DNA of 38,757 bases from Nemertoderma westbladi (GCA_032718475.1 JAUCBJ010004726.1:1-38757); one strand, 5' to 3'; counted from the first letter of the stretch, positions 10,261 to 23,348 are shown. Program-made: numbers and translations. Notes: generated from the letters alone by a model not told the origin.

Positions 10261-10720
10261 ACACAAAAAAATAATTACAAAAAATAATCACACAATCGTG
10301 ACATGCCTCTAAAACCATCCTAATTTCCCATGCCAACGATTATGCAATTTAAAATTCTCGCATGTCCTCACAACTGCCATGTTATACGGGGAGTTGTATT
10401 TAAAGACGTCATTATTTTGGACACTCATCACTCCAGGGATCAACTTACCATTATGCAATAATATAAATAAAATAAATCGATATACTGTAACTTTACGCCA
10501 AATGTAATTGGAATTGAATCGCCAGGGAGTCTCTCTGACAAATTCAGTAATACAATAGTCAAAAGGAATGTAGAACTGGGGGACTGACTGACTCATTAGG
10601 CCTACAGTATCTTGCGTATTTCTGACTAAATTGTAGTCCAAGGAGGATGGATATCTTAGTTTGAAGCAAATTAGTATAGTTAGTGCGATTTGGAGAAACA
10701 TTAAAGTTTATATACAATCC

Positions 10721-10740
10721 GGAACGTTCCGGAACGTTCC
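10721..10740. promoter_or_regulatory. Perfect four-pentamer heat-shock-element match (gGAAc gTTCc gGAAc gTTCc)
   Basis: Sequence GGAACGTTCCGGAACGTTCC matches the alternating nGAAn/nTTCn consensus. Function is not shown. Confidence 0.4.
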
Positions 10741-10910
10741 AGATTTTATATCAAATTTAATATGTTTTTCCAAATCGCACTAACTATACTAATTTATTTC
10801 TGACTTCTATGAAAAGATAAAAGTGAGAGAGGCGCAAAGTAACACAGTATGGAATTCTACGGTAACAATTTATACCCACCGCCACCCCAAAGAGAAAAAA
10901 TACCAACCGA

Positions 10911-13900
10911 CCTTGTGGGGCGAGCGACGAAAGTACATGTACCACTAACTCAATCGGTGTGTCTGTCGATCTGTTGTTCTGTCGTTCAGTTGTTCTGTCG
11001 TTCTGTCGTGTCCAATTTTAAACGTTAATAACTCAGCCAAATGTTAATGAAAATTAACCAAACTTGGTACACATGTAGTCTGGCCAAAGTTTAGAAATTT
11101 TCCAAGTTGAATTTGCGTGGGGTCTTCGTGCAGCATCTGTGTAACTGTCTTACGGTTATAATAAATTAATCTACCCAAAAATTATTAGGCTTGGCATCAG
11201 CTGGTTGCTAGGAGACTACAGGATTACAGTACGGTACCGGTACTGTTAACAGTTACAGTGGTACAGAGTTACCGGTACCGTCTTCAGGTTGTTGGTCGTT
11301 GGCAATGGCAAGGCCATCTAAACAATTTCTTCATCTAAACAGCTTCCGACAGTCCGATGTATCTGGACCCGAGCAGCCGAGTGGCATCAAGATGCGATTA
11401 ACTGAGGAATAAATACTACGGAATTGCTTGCTTGTCAGTAAGATTCTATTTACTACACTGGGAATACGGCGGTCGGTCGGATCGTAATGCGGGCCACTGC
11501 CAAGTTCCTCATGCCTCACTCAGGCCACCCACCTTGGAGTGCGGTGGGAAGAGTCCGACTTACGTCGACGACTGGACGAATCGACGAGGATTGCGATTTT
11601 TTTTGCAAAATTTTGAAAATATAATTTTATGTAATCTTAGGTCAGACTGTGAAATATATTTCTTAGGTGATTTTAATATCTGTTACCATCACAAAGCATC
11701 CCCCATCTGTAAACAGTACCAAAGTATTTTAAATTTGTTTGGTTTAAAACAAATTAGTCGAGATTCTACCAGAATTACCAGTAAAACTTCTACTTTACTA
11801 GATCACATCCTTTGTAATAATACCGATATTATTTCTCAATCTGGGGTTTTACCTATAGGTCTAAGCGATCATTTTATAGTTTTTTGCACAAGAAAGACAC
11901 AAAAATATTTTTTCGGGGATCATAAAACAGTAACTGTTAGGTCTATGAAAAATTACAGCAAGGAACGCTTTTTAAGTTTGTTAGTTAATTCAGACTGGGA
12001 ACCCTGTTTTAAGGCCGCTGACATTAACCATGCGTACACTGTTTTTAAAGATATATTTTTAAAGGCACTTAATACTGTAGCACCAATTAAAGAAATTAGT
12101 CTTAAACAACGCACTGAGCCCTGGATGACCTCGGGTATTCTTAGTAATATCAGAGAAAGAGATAACTATTTGTATAAATTTAGGAAATACCGTGTTTTAG
12201 CTGATTATAATAATTACTGCAAATATAGAAACCTTGTCCAACGGGAAATAAAAAAAGCTAAATCTGAATATTTGTACAACAAAATAAGTGAGAATAAAGA
12301 TAATCCTAAAAGTCTATGGTCTACCCTAAAATCTTTAGGTTATAAAAACCTTAAATCTAAATCGAATATTGTTCTGCAAGATAACGGTGAGCTGATTCAT
12401 GATCATACTCTAGTTAGTAATTTATTTAATAATTATTTTACTAATGTTGCCTCTAATTTAGTTAAGAAGTTACCGTTATCAAGTACCGGTAATAAATATA
12501 GTATAGGGTCCGAAACTCTAAATAATTTTTATTTAGAAAAGTTACAAAATTCATAAAAGTTATTTTTAAAACCAGTTTCTGAGGATTTCGTTTTTCAAAA
12601 TCTACTTAGCCTATCAGCCTCAAAAAGTACCGGTCTAGACCTAATACCTACCCGTTTTCTTAAGGATGGTGCTGAAGTACTTAAAGTGCCTATTACTTTT
12701 ATTATTAATTACTCTATCGTAGATAATGTAGTACCAGACAAACTGAAATTAGCTAAGGTTGTTCCTCTGTATAAAAAGAATAGTAAAGTAGAACCCTGTA
12801 ATTACAGACCTGTTAGTATCTTAAGTATTGTATCTAAAATTCTAGAACGTTCTGTTTTTCTACAGCTGGAGGCACATCTTAGTAGGCTAAATCTGATCTA
12901 TGAACTTCAGTCCGGTTTTCGTAAATCATATTCTACAGACACCTGCCTTATTAACTTAACTGATACAATTAGATGTAATAACGCAAAGGGTTTATATACT
13001 GGTATGGTAATGTTGGACCTACAAAAGGCTTTCGATACTGTAGATCACGAAATTCTGCTTGGTAAGTTAGGCCTGATGGGTGTAGGTTCTATTTTGGTTG
13101 TATTTAGGTTGTAGGTTCAAGTCCTACCTGTCAGACAGAGGTCAAACTGTAGTCATTAGCAAATCGCAGTCTACTGTACAAGAGATTACCTGTGGTTTCC
13201 CGCAGGTAGTATATTAGGTCCTCTGCTTTTTGTATGCTATGTAAATGATATGATAAGTAGTATAGATCCCGATTTTAAACTCATTTTATATGCCGACGAC
13301 AGTGCTCTTATTTTCTCTCATAAAGATCCTATCCATATTTCCCTAAAGTTAAGTGCAGTTCTAGAATCCTGTAATGAGTGGTTGGTTGATAATAAGCTAT
13401 CCATTCACTACGATAAGACTGAAAGTATTTTGTTTGGTTCCTAAAGAAAGTTAAAGAAGGTAACTAAGTTTGAAGTCACTAGTAATGGACATAAGATTGA
13501 AAATAAAAAGGAAGTTAAATATTTAGGCGCCACATTGGATAACTGCTTATCAGGAGAAAGTACAGTGAAAAATATTTTCTCGAAAGTTAACAGTAGGCTT
13601 AGGTTTCTATACAGAAATAAAAATAGTTTAAATACCGACTCCCGCAAGTTACTTTGCTCTTCTTTAATACAGTGTCACATGGACTATGCGTGCTCTGCTT
13701 GGTATGAAGGCTTAACCAAACAGCTTAAATGTAAATTACAAGTAGCTCAGAATAAAGTAGTACAATTTATTAAAGACTACAAACCTAGGCACCACCTAAC
13801 TCCAGATGACTTTTCTGAATCTGGACTACTTAACTTAGATAGTAGAGTTAAGCAGCTACGCCTTAACCATGTGCATAAAGTGTATAATGGTAATTGTCCC

Positions 13901-14859
13901 AATTACCTAAAACAAAAATTCAACAGAGTACGCGATACACACTCTTACAGTACCAGAGCTAGTGCTTCAAACTTCTACCTCCCGAATTGTAAATCCTTTG
14001 AATCTGATACTTTCTTTTTTAACGGCATTAAAAATTGGAACGATCTGCCTAATGAAATAAAAAACCTAGATAATCAACATTCTTTTAAATCTGCAGTTAA
14101 ATCTCACCTCCGTGTGCAATGTAAAAATAGGTACAATAGTCCTACAGTAAGTTATTAGTTTATTAATTATTACCTATTTATACTATAATTACGTTTTATA
14201 ATAAATTGTTCTGTACATTATATCTTTATCGTTGAGTCGGGCATTGTCACGCTCTCGGTAAAGTTGTACATGTACATAGTGTAATTACGTTTTATATTGG
14301 TTTTAGGTTAGCGTAGTGTAATATTGTATTTGTAACCAAGTAACATAAAGGACCCCCTTGGAAATAAGCTGCAGAGCTTTAGGGGTAATCCTATATGTTA
14401 TGTTGGACAATACCTTTATACCGGTACATTGTTTGGTGTATTTGTTATTGTTTTTTACATAATGTATAAATAAATCTATCTATAAATCTATCTATTGGGT
14501 TTAGCGGCGGCCCGGACAGCCGGATCCTGGGATCGCCTGGGGGAAATTGTTGAAAGTCGGGCAGATGTGTATCGCACCGGATTACGTTCTCTGCCACGCG
14601 AAAGTGTGAGGCGAATTCGTTGTCGAATTGGGTCGGAAGCTGCGGGAATTCTACTGTTCTACGGGAAGGGGGGGGGGGGGGGGGGGCAGATTAAAAGGGC
14701 TGAACACTTACTGTCCCCCTTTCTTTGATTGATTGTCGGTATGGTTAAATTTCTCAAATACTGATTTTGTGATACAGTCGCTCAATTTTAATTTGTATCT
14801 CATAACTGGGCCTCGTCCTGCGCGAAGGCCCCACGAACGTGTTGGCTATGTCCATCGTC
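10911..14859 (+). mobile_element. Helentron/HINE (DINE-1-like) non-autonomous unit 1, interrupted by a LINE
   Basis: Conserved head with a CTGTY microsatellite and AACCAAACTTGGTACACATG core (10911-11130) and a conserved tail (about 14690-14850), both repeated in unit 2. Confidence 0.55.
11597..14495 (+). mobile_element. 5'-truncated L2/CR1-group LINE (Crack-like) with decayed ORF2 (APE endonuclease C-terminus + RT)
   Basis: GDFN, LDHIL and SDH endonuclease motifs; NYRPVSIL, QSGFR, DLQKAFDTVDH and YADD RT motifs; RLRFLYR...MDYACSAWY tail. In-frame stop at 12554 and frameshifts near 13090, 13205 and 13440. (ATCT)-type 3' tail. Confidence 0.93.
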
Positions 14860-15775
14860 CCTTGTAGGGCGAGCGACGAAAGTAAGCGAGCTTAGCATAC
14901 AGGTACCACTAACTCAATCGGTGTGTCTGTTGTTCTGTTGATCTGTTGTTCTGTTGATCTGTTGTTCTGTTGATCTGTTATTCTGTTGATCTGTTGTTCT
15001 GTTGATCTGTTGATCTGTTGTGTCCAATTTTAAACGTTAATAACTCAGCCAAATGTTAATGAAATTTAACCAAACTTGTTACACATGTAGTCTGGCCAAA
15101 GTTTAGAAATTTTCCAAGTTGAATTTCCGTGTGGCCTTCGACAAGCTAAGATAACAGCAGTTAATTAGTTAATTAAGTTGATTAGGGTAAAAACATTAAT
15201 TTCAACCTGCCTCCTTAAAGGATATTAATTATTTTCTAGTAAAAGATTTAAATAATTATACTTAAAAGTTATACAGCTGTAATCCCCATACACCATTCCA
15301 TTATAGTTTTTAATTAGTTCAAGAGATTTGCTTTAAGAAATGTGTTTTTAATGGATCTAAACGTAATTAAGTTAAAATGCATTCAATCACTCTATACTTC
15401 CAGTCTCATCATTCCTTGGGATTCTTGCTATTGCTTATTAGATGGGAAACATTCCAATCATCCTCCCACTGAGCTTGTTCTATCTTGCACAATGATTGGC
15501 TGAATTTAATGGTGATTCTTTAGATATTAGCTAAATGATTTTGTTGAGGCATTGATATGATAAATTAATATTTCAGTATCAATACTATCGGCATAAGGTA
15601 AAAGGGGAACTTTCCTTTCTTCTTTGATTTATTCTTATAGGCGGTTTGGATAAATTTCTTATTTATTTATTTAAATTTCTTAAGTACCGATTTTTGGATA
15701 GAATTTATCAATTTTAATCTGTATCTGATAACTGAGCCTCGTCCTTCGCGATGGCCCCACGAACGTGTTAGCTGG
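14860..15775 (+). mobile_element. Helentron/HINE-like unit 2, head-to-tail with unit 1
   Basis: Near-identical head (CCTTGTAGGGCGAGCGACGAAAGTA...TTTCCAAGTTGAATTT) with an expanded CTGTTGTTCTGTTGAT microsatellite, and tail ATAACTGAGCCTCGTCC...GGCCCCACGAACGTGTT. Confidence 0.6.
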
Positions 15776-16040
15776 GTGTGTAGTGTCTGTGTCTAAGTAC
15801 ATGAATTACTTGTGCGTATTGAGTGGGCATCAAAATGAAAGCCGCAATCAATTTGTGTTGCAGAGGTGCGAAGCCGCCAGTTGAGTAATAATTTATGGTA
15901 AACAAGCCCCTCCCCGCATATCTCATTTTTAATATATCAGATTACATGGAATGGAATAGTTCAGTTTTAGGGAAGATACTGAATCAAAAGTTTGTCTTTT
16001 GTCGATAACCAAGTTAAAAAAATACACAATAAAATATGTT

Positions 16041-16120
16041 ATTGTTAAACAATACCAATTATGTTTACATTAAATAATAAATTGTTAAACAATACCAATT
16101 ATGTTTACATTAAATAATAA
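16041..16120. repeat. Perfect 40-bp tandem duplication
   Basis: ATTGTTAAACAATACCAATTATGTTTACATTAAATAATAA x2. Confidence 0.95.
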
Positions 16121-17880
16121 ATAACAAGAAAATAGTGTATCACATCTCTGGTAGAATCTGTTGGTGATGTTGACGGTTTCTTCTAATTGGGGTGGTGGAT
16201 ACGGAGTTCTAGAGAAAACATCCTCATTGGCTAAGAAAGGCATGGAATTCTGTGAATCGCGATTTAGCATCTGTAAATCAACTAGGGCGAATTGCCCTTA
16301 AAAGCTGCGATTATTACGAGAAAAATTTGAGTTGTTTAGCTCTATGGATGACAATACAACCGGCGTATGGACGAATGGTGTCAACACCCCCCCCCCCCCC
16401 CCCCCCCATGCGCGCGAGATGAATATATTTTAATTAAAAAACGTACTTATGAAAAATTAGATTCATTATAACCGGGTTTTAGGCGTTTTTACTGATAAGA
16501 AAAGGGTGTAAGTTAGGAGGAATGGTTAATGATCGCACACTCGAGTTGGCGGATTTAGCAATACTTTACGGCTGCTGAGTAACCGTATATCATGAGGATC
16601 TGAATAGGAGTGGATAATAGTTGTTATCTATCCATTATCATTAAACTCGGGGATGATGATGTTCTTATCTTCCTAGTAATGGACCTGAAGCCACAACCAA
16701 ACCATTATTAGTAGGATGGCCTTGCCACTTATATATATGACGCATCTTGCAAAATATAATATTGGATTCTTTCTTGTTTTTTTTTTTATATTATTGGTTT
16801 CAAAATAAACAGCGACTATGCAGTGTGCAGTGCACCCCGCCCTAGCTCCTACTACTCACACAGTATTGGCTATCGTGCTTAACTTACAATGGTCGAAAAG
16901 ACGTTTCAAAAGAGAAACATAACTGACAGACCATAATAAGGAAAAGGAGCAGGTTACAGAGACGGCCTTTTCTAACCAAAACAATAAACGATGTTGTTGC
17001 CAATTGAGGGCAAATAAAATGAAATGATACAAATTCGACTCTTTCGGACCTTTGACTATGACCTACTACAACAGTTATAGTAGGTCTGGTTTTCGATCCT
17101 TTATCCCTTTCAATCCTTTGTTCCTTTCGAATCTTTTGACCAGAAACGCGCCATACCAGTCAAACTGTACCATCAGACTAACAAGCAACCAATAATGTTG
17201 ATTTACAGGTATATATGCAATCTGTTATAAGTAGAATACTCAGTATTCAATGTGCCTTTATTTTCATTTTGGCTCAGACACTCACATGTTTTTCGGTTCG
17301 TCTGTTGGTTTTGATTACATTGGTGAAATCATTTTAGTATCAGCTGCATTTATTTCTGTGCAACTGGCAGTTAATTATGTTGGTTTGAAACAAACTCTAA
17401 AATAAAAACCTACAGGGTTCAGCCATGAAGGCGGTGAAACGAAGGAAAAGTTTAAATGGGTGGATAACTAAAAATCGAAGCCTCAGTCAGTAGGCAATAT
17501 TAACATTATATATAGATCAACATTAAGATATATTACAGATATTCTATTATTTATTGACACATTACAACAATAAAATTGTGTTATACAATAAACTAAAGTA
17601 CTTTTGTTTATATAATGTCTCGATTTCATAGTCTAACAATAATAAATTGACATCGATTTTCAATGATTAAAACCAAAATCTGGATCAGAAATCAAAAAAT
17701 CCCTTATCCGTAAATATTGCGTGTTAGGGTCAGAATTCCGTACAGCCTCGGATGCGGTGTGTGTGTTGTATGCCTGTGTGCGCAAGTACGTTACTGCAGT
17801 AAAATTACATAAAGTACAAAAATAGTAGCTAGCTGCATTTAATGCGTCAAGCTACCAACACATAAAATCATGATTAATTC

Positions 17881-18164
17881 CTATACATTTGTAGACATTT
17901 GGTCTTCTAGATTATCTGCGTTCTCCACTGTTATATTTGGCACCTTTGAAACAGTTTCCCGTCCACACTGATGGTGTTTTACAATTGAATCTCTCGGAGT
18001 CATCATTGACATTTCAGTTAGTTGTCGGTTGGTTCGCGTTAAGGACATTTGATCTTGTGTTCGTTGTATTTCATCCCCCGGAGGATCGCATTTACGGCAA
18101 CATCTACAGCATCCACTTCCTCTACAGCGATAGAAAAGGGATCGAAATTCCCGTCGGAATTTAC
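17881..18164 (-). CDS. Orexin/allatotropin-receptor-like GPCR, last coding exon (helix 8 + C-tail, stop TAG)
   Basis: Acceptor tttttgaag, phase 1. Translates (G)KFRREFRSLFYRCRGSGCCRCCRKC...EDQMSTNV*; 284 bp keeps the frame. Confidence 0.88.
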
Positions 18165-18828
18165 CTTCAAAAATTAAAATTTCTTTCGTTTTAATACCAT
18201 TTTGTGACAGAATTATAGGACATCTTGTAAGGTTTCCTTCATATGTTGAACAATACCAAAATAGGACGGAATAGTACAGGTAGAGAGTGCAGTGCGATTC
18301 GGAAGATCAAAATTTAAGCTTAAATCGAGAATGTTTCGTATATATCCATCCATACACACTCATCATCAACCAAAACTATTAAGTAGAAATTAATTATGAT
18401 TATATAAAATAACCTCAATTAATTTATAAGGTAAATGTTCCCAAATTTTCAAAATTATTCATCATTTTCGTCTTTTACATTAATGTAGGTTAATTGATAT
18501 AATTATAATGAATTTGTACGTATTAGTTTTGGGTGATAATGTCTACTATTATAAATTAGAAAGTTTCGGATTATAACTTTATAACTTAAATTATATTATT
18601 ACCAAACGCACTACAGTACTTGTTCTATTCTATCTTAAATTACGATACACTACCGGGATCACCATAATGTTGATTATTGTTTTTTACACAATGTAAAAAT
18701 ACATCTATCTATTATCTGCATTACATAAAGAAATCACCAAAATGTACATAAATATGAATAATATTTATACTTGGCCATATAGCCTATGTTTAAAATTAAT
18801 TAATAAATTTATAAGATATTTCGCCCAC

Positions 18829-18959
18829 CTGATAACAAGCAATATATCAGTGGATTAATTGAACAGTTTGTGTAGCCGAGTAGATGGAACGCAATATTTA
18901 GATTGAACATGTTTCCCTCACTAGCAGTCTGCCAATTCATAATTGGCGCCTTAGAGTAC
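18829..18959 (-). CDS. GPCR exon: ECL3 + TM7
   Basis: cctttacag|...|gtgggc. Translates (R)YSKAPIMNW...AFHLLGYTNCSINPLIYCLLS(G) with the NPxxY motif; 131 bp, phase 2 to phase 1. Confidence 0.92.
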
Positions 18960-20071
18960 CTGTAAAGGACAATACTATCTAAACGTCGTGCCTCTAAACG
19001 ATGTGCCATTTCCTCATATTACATAAATCTTTCCGTTAATTTTTTGCTTGCGATGGGTAAGTTTTTAAGTCTGGAATGCAGAACGTTTTGAGACAGTGAG
19101 TACTTTTTAGGCAGGAAAACATACCCTATAAGACACCTGAGTCTCATAAGTCAACTACAGAGTGAAAAAAACAGTTCCACGGCTTTTTTTAAGAAATTAT
19201 TTATTTAACCAGTAGACGAAACAAAGAATTTCAACAAAATTCATATAATGTTTGCGGTATTTGTTAAAAGACTCATTATCAAAATGTACAAGAATGGTGT
19301 TAGTTTCACATCTCGGATTTAAATATAATTAAATTAAGTAACGAGTTCATTTCGCATCAACAGTCACGTTTTATCCATGACAGTTACCTCGGCCTTGCTA
19401 TACTAATGCAGACTAATGCATGTCTGTAAGAGAGAGGATCTGACTCGATATTATCATTATCTTTATTTGAATCTTTCTATTATTGATATCCTGGTACTAT
19501 CTTTGCAAAATACAGAATACCCAGTGGACGGTGCTCGTGCACCCTTTTAGAAATTTACCATGGTCAACCCTAATTGGAATTTATACAAAGACTTTTCAAC
19601 TATATCTTTCCTTCGATATAAAGAAAGAATATCAGCAAAGAATGGTAAGATGGAAGAATAAGAATGGTTGTTCCATTATACTTCATTCGTTGTGAATTTG
19701 AATAATTTTGTTTTGAATTTAAATAGTTAATTCATAATAAAAGATTTTACACAAAATACAGCCAATACAATTAATCAATTAAAAATTTTACAACAGATTT
19801 ACAATAAAAAGGGGAAAATAAACTATACGTTGTAGAGCAGAAACAATTATTTTGGTAAACAAAATAATGAAGACGAGGCTATGAGAGAACTTCATCCACT
19901 CTCAATCTTGGTCCAGCAGGCTTTATACTGGGGCTGGATAACAAATCAAAGTTCACACCTGGTCTAATTGCTGGGCTATCTGCAGATGCAGTTGGTTGGC
20001 ATTTCAAAACTGCAAGATATCATTCTTTATTGTATTGCATATGTATGTTGATGTTGTTATTGCGACTGTAT

Positions 20072-20305
20072 ACAGTCAGCCGAAGCCGGAGGTGACCCGA
20101 AGGCTCTTCTTTCGATAGCTGCTACCTGAAGGTCGGGGTGGGCGCTACTCATATCCCAATTATTGTTCTCAGTAATTCAAATGGTCCGCATATTATCAAA
20201 CACACACTGGCTGAAAGCATGAAAGGCTGAGTGTACCTGGACAGGGCTCGAACCTACAAACAATAGATTGCAGGCCTGGTGTTGAACCCACTGAGCTAAA
20301 CCGTC
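20072..20305 (-). mobile_element. Second, more diverged copy of the tRNA/Nin-like SINE, in a GPCR intron
   Basis: The reverse complement aligns with 9989-10260 (GGCCTGCAATCTATTG.TTGTAGGTTC, ACTCAGCCTTTCA, GAGTAGCGCCCACCCC, GAGCCTTCGGGTC). Confidence 0.85.
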
Positions 20306-20585
20306 TACTGCAAAGTAAGCTGTTGAAAATGATCACTATAACAGTTTAGATTTACAATATAATATTTAGTATAATATTATATGAAAAATAATAATATCAT
20401 ATTACAATGTCAGATTTGCTGTAAGTTTCCTCGTCTTTCTTCAATAATGAGTTTGCCACAAATTTGACTTTAAAATCGTCAAATATTTCGCATTTTAGTC
20501 TTTTTTCTCTTCTGAAGCTACACTCAAAATATACCATCACCAAAAAACCGAACTAGTCTCATTGTTCCTACAGTAACTTCCTTAC

Positions 20586-20718
20586 CTCCATATCTGCATT
20601 GCGTACATCGGTCCATAACAAGCAGCGAACAGGATCGCCACTGTAACCAGCATTTTTGCAATTCTTTTTCTGGACTGCAGCTGTCTAGAGACTGCGGTCT
20701 GGATGTCTGAACCTCCCT
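20586..20718 (-). CDS. GPCR exon: ICL3 + TM6 (absent from the ORF track)
   Basis: ttttgttttag|...|gtaagg. Translates (E)GGSDIQTAVSRQLQSRKRIAKMLVTVAILFAACYGPMYAMQIW(R); 133 bp, phase 1 to phase 2. Confidence 0.93.
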
Positions 20719-23348
20719 CTAAAACAAAATATAAATTGCATATATAACATTACATATAAAACAGAATGAATTAATGCAAGGAAATATTTACTGAAATATA
20801 TATAATTGTTTGAAGAAAGACAGACTTATTATTGGAATTAGAGGTTACTGAGCCCATTTCTTTCCACTCCGGTAATGTATGTTTGCAGAATAATTTAAAA
20901 AGATGTGAAACTTGTCTGCGAGGTACACCATACATATGTAATAATAATAATAATAATAATAATAATTGTATTTATAAAGCGCACTATATATGATGATCTA
21001 GGTGCTAACGCACAGTAAAAATTAATCAATTAGAGATCATTACATTAAAATATGAGTTTTTTTTAAAAAAAACAATGCAAATGAAATAAAAATGTTAAAA
21101 TTAATGTGATATAAACTAATCGGTGCAGTTTTGGTTTTCCAGCTTAAAGTAAAAACTTTTTAGTTTTTTCTTGAATGAAGGCAATGCTGAGAGCCCTCCA
21201 CACAACTTGCCTGGGAGTTCATTCCACACTGTCCTGGATTTAATGAAATAACCATTAAATTTTGGTTACTCGAACATAGATTTCTGGGAGGATTGTAGCG
21301 CACAAGCAAGTCACACAAGTAATCAGGAGCGAGTCCATTTAGGCATTTGTATGTCAATAGGGTTATTTTATATTCGATGAATCGTAATATCGGTAGCCAG
21401 TGGAGATTTCATAATACTGGGGTCATGTGCATATGGTCCTGCTTTTTAATCCCACATAGTAGACGTACCGCAGTATTTTGTACATACTGCAATCTTGTTA
21501 ACAGTATATGAGGTAAACCATATAGCAAGGCATTGTTGTTATCGGGTTTGCTGGAGATAAATGCATAATACCCCAAAATCAGGCTTTGTGAAATAGCGGC
21601 GCACTCTGCCAAGATTGCGAAGATGATAGTATGATTCGCTTACTTTTCGTGACAATTGCTTTTCAAGCGTAAGATGTGAATCTTGCAAAGATGATAGTAT
21701 GATTCGCTTACTGTTCAGGACACTTGCTTTTCAAGCGTAAGATGTGAATGTATAATTTGGCCAATGTTCCATGCTGTTGAGCTACATGAGACTATATCCG
21801 AGCCGACTCGTAGTGTTGGTTCTACCAACTGGTTCCCAAATCTTGATTGGAGCAAAACCACCACCATTTTATACGTGTTCATTTTCAACCACATTTTATT
21901 CATCCAATTTTGAATATCCTTCAAACAGGACTCGGAAACTCTAACAGAGGCACCTACATCTTCTTTTTTGAATACAATGTACAACTGAGTATCATCTGCA
22001 TATAAGTGGTAGCTCTGTCCATAGCTCTTAATTACTCTTGATAGGGAGTGTGTTTAAATCGAAAACAGTAGAGGGCCTAACACTGATCCTTGGGGAATTC
22101 CATATCTAATATGAACACATTTCGAGTAGGAGTTACCAACACGAACTTTTTGAGACCGATTTGACAGATATGATTTGAACCAAGAAATTACAGTTCCTGA
22201 AACTTTATTGTCCTGTTCCAGAGTTTTTAATAGAATGTTGTGGTCCACTGTATCAAAAGCAGCGGACAAGTCCAATAGTACAACTAATACTGCAGAACCA
22301 TCATCTATTCCTTGTAAAATAACATTATTCACTTTCAAAAGCGCAGTCTCAGTGCTGTAATTGCAACGATATGCACTCTGCATTGGTTCCCATAGGTTAT
22401 TCAAGTTCATGTGCTGTATAAGCTGATTGGCCTCAACTTTCTCTGTTAATTTTGAAATATATATACAAGGTTTGAGACTGGCCTGAAGTTTTTAAGGAAC
22501 TCTGGATCTAAGCGCACCTTCTTGATTAATGGGGATAGCACTGCTTCTTTAAACAATAAAGGAAAAGTTGCTGTAGTTAAAGATAGATTTATAATAAGCG
22601 TGATAATAGGCAGCAGAACCTTCATTGAACCTTTCACCAATGCAGTAGGTAGTGAGTGGGTCATGTGGACTAGTCTTTGATTTTGACTCCTTTACCAATT
22701 CTTCAACTGTGTCATTACAGACTTCCACAAACTCATTCATTACTGTCACATTATCATTTCCATCATATAAAACAGAGGGAGCCTTCATGCTTGTGTAATT
22801 TTGTCCAAAGGGTTCTTTGCTATTTATAGTTGTATTCATGCTGTCTTCATGATCACTGCATGTGGTTATCTCATTCCTTATTTTTGTAATTTTGGATTCA
22901 AAGTAATCTGCAAAAGTATTTGAGAGTGTTTCAGTGGAATCATGTTGAGGCAGTATGGTTTTAACCTTGCGATGGAGTAGTGTATCTGCTGCATTGAATA
23001 ATTTCCTTTGGTCACCTGCATTATCATTTAGTATCTTCTTATAATATGACTGTTTAGCATGAACTATCGAGTCATTCACCTTCATACACTGTTCCTTGTA
23101 AGCAACTTTATCGATTTCTAAATCGGTTTTTCTGTATTTCCTTTCTAATCTCCATCTCAGTTGTTTTTCTCTTGCTATATCTGATGTGTACCATATTGCA
23201 TTAGGGCGAACAAATTTATTTTTAATTTCGAATGGAGCTTGTTTTTCAAGGATATCGCCAAGAATGTGATTGTACTGGTAAACTAATTCATTAGATTTGT
23301 TGCCATTGACTGTACGAGTTCCAATGATTTAATATCTTCCATAAATTC

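Noticed and set aside
16386-16407. Poly-C/poly-G runs (also at about 14668, 27565 and 38684)
   Set aside because: Simple homopolymers of uncertain length with no supporting context.
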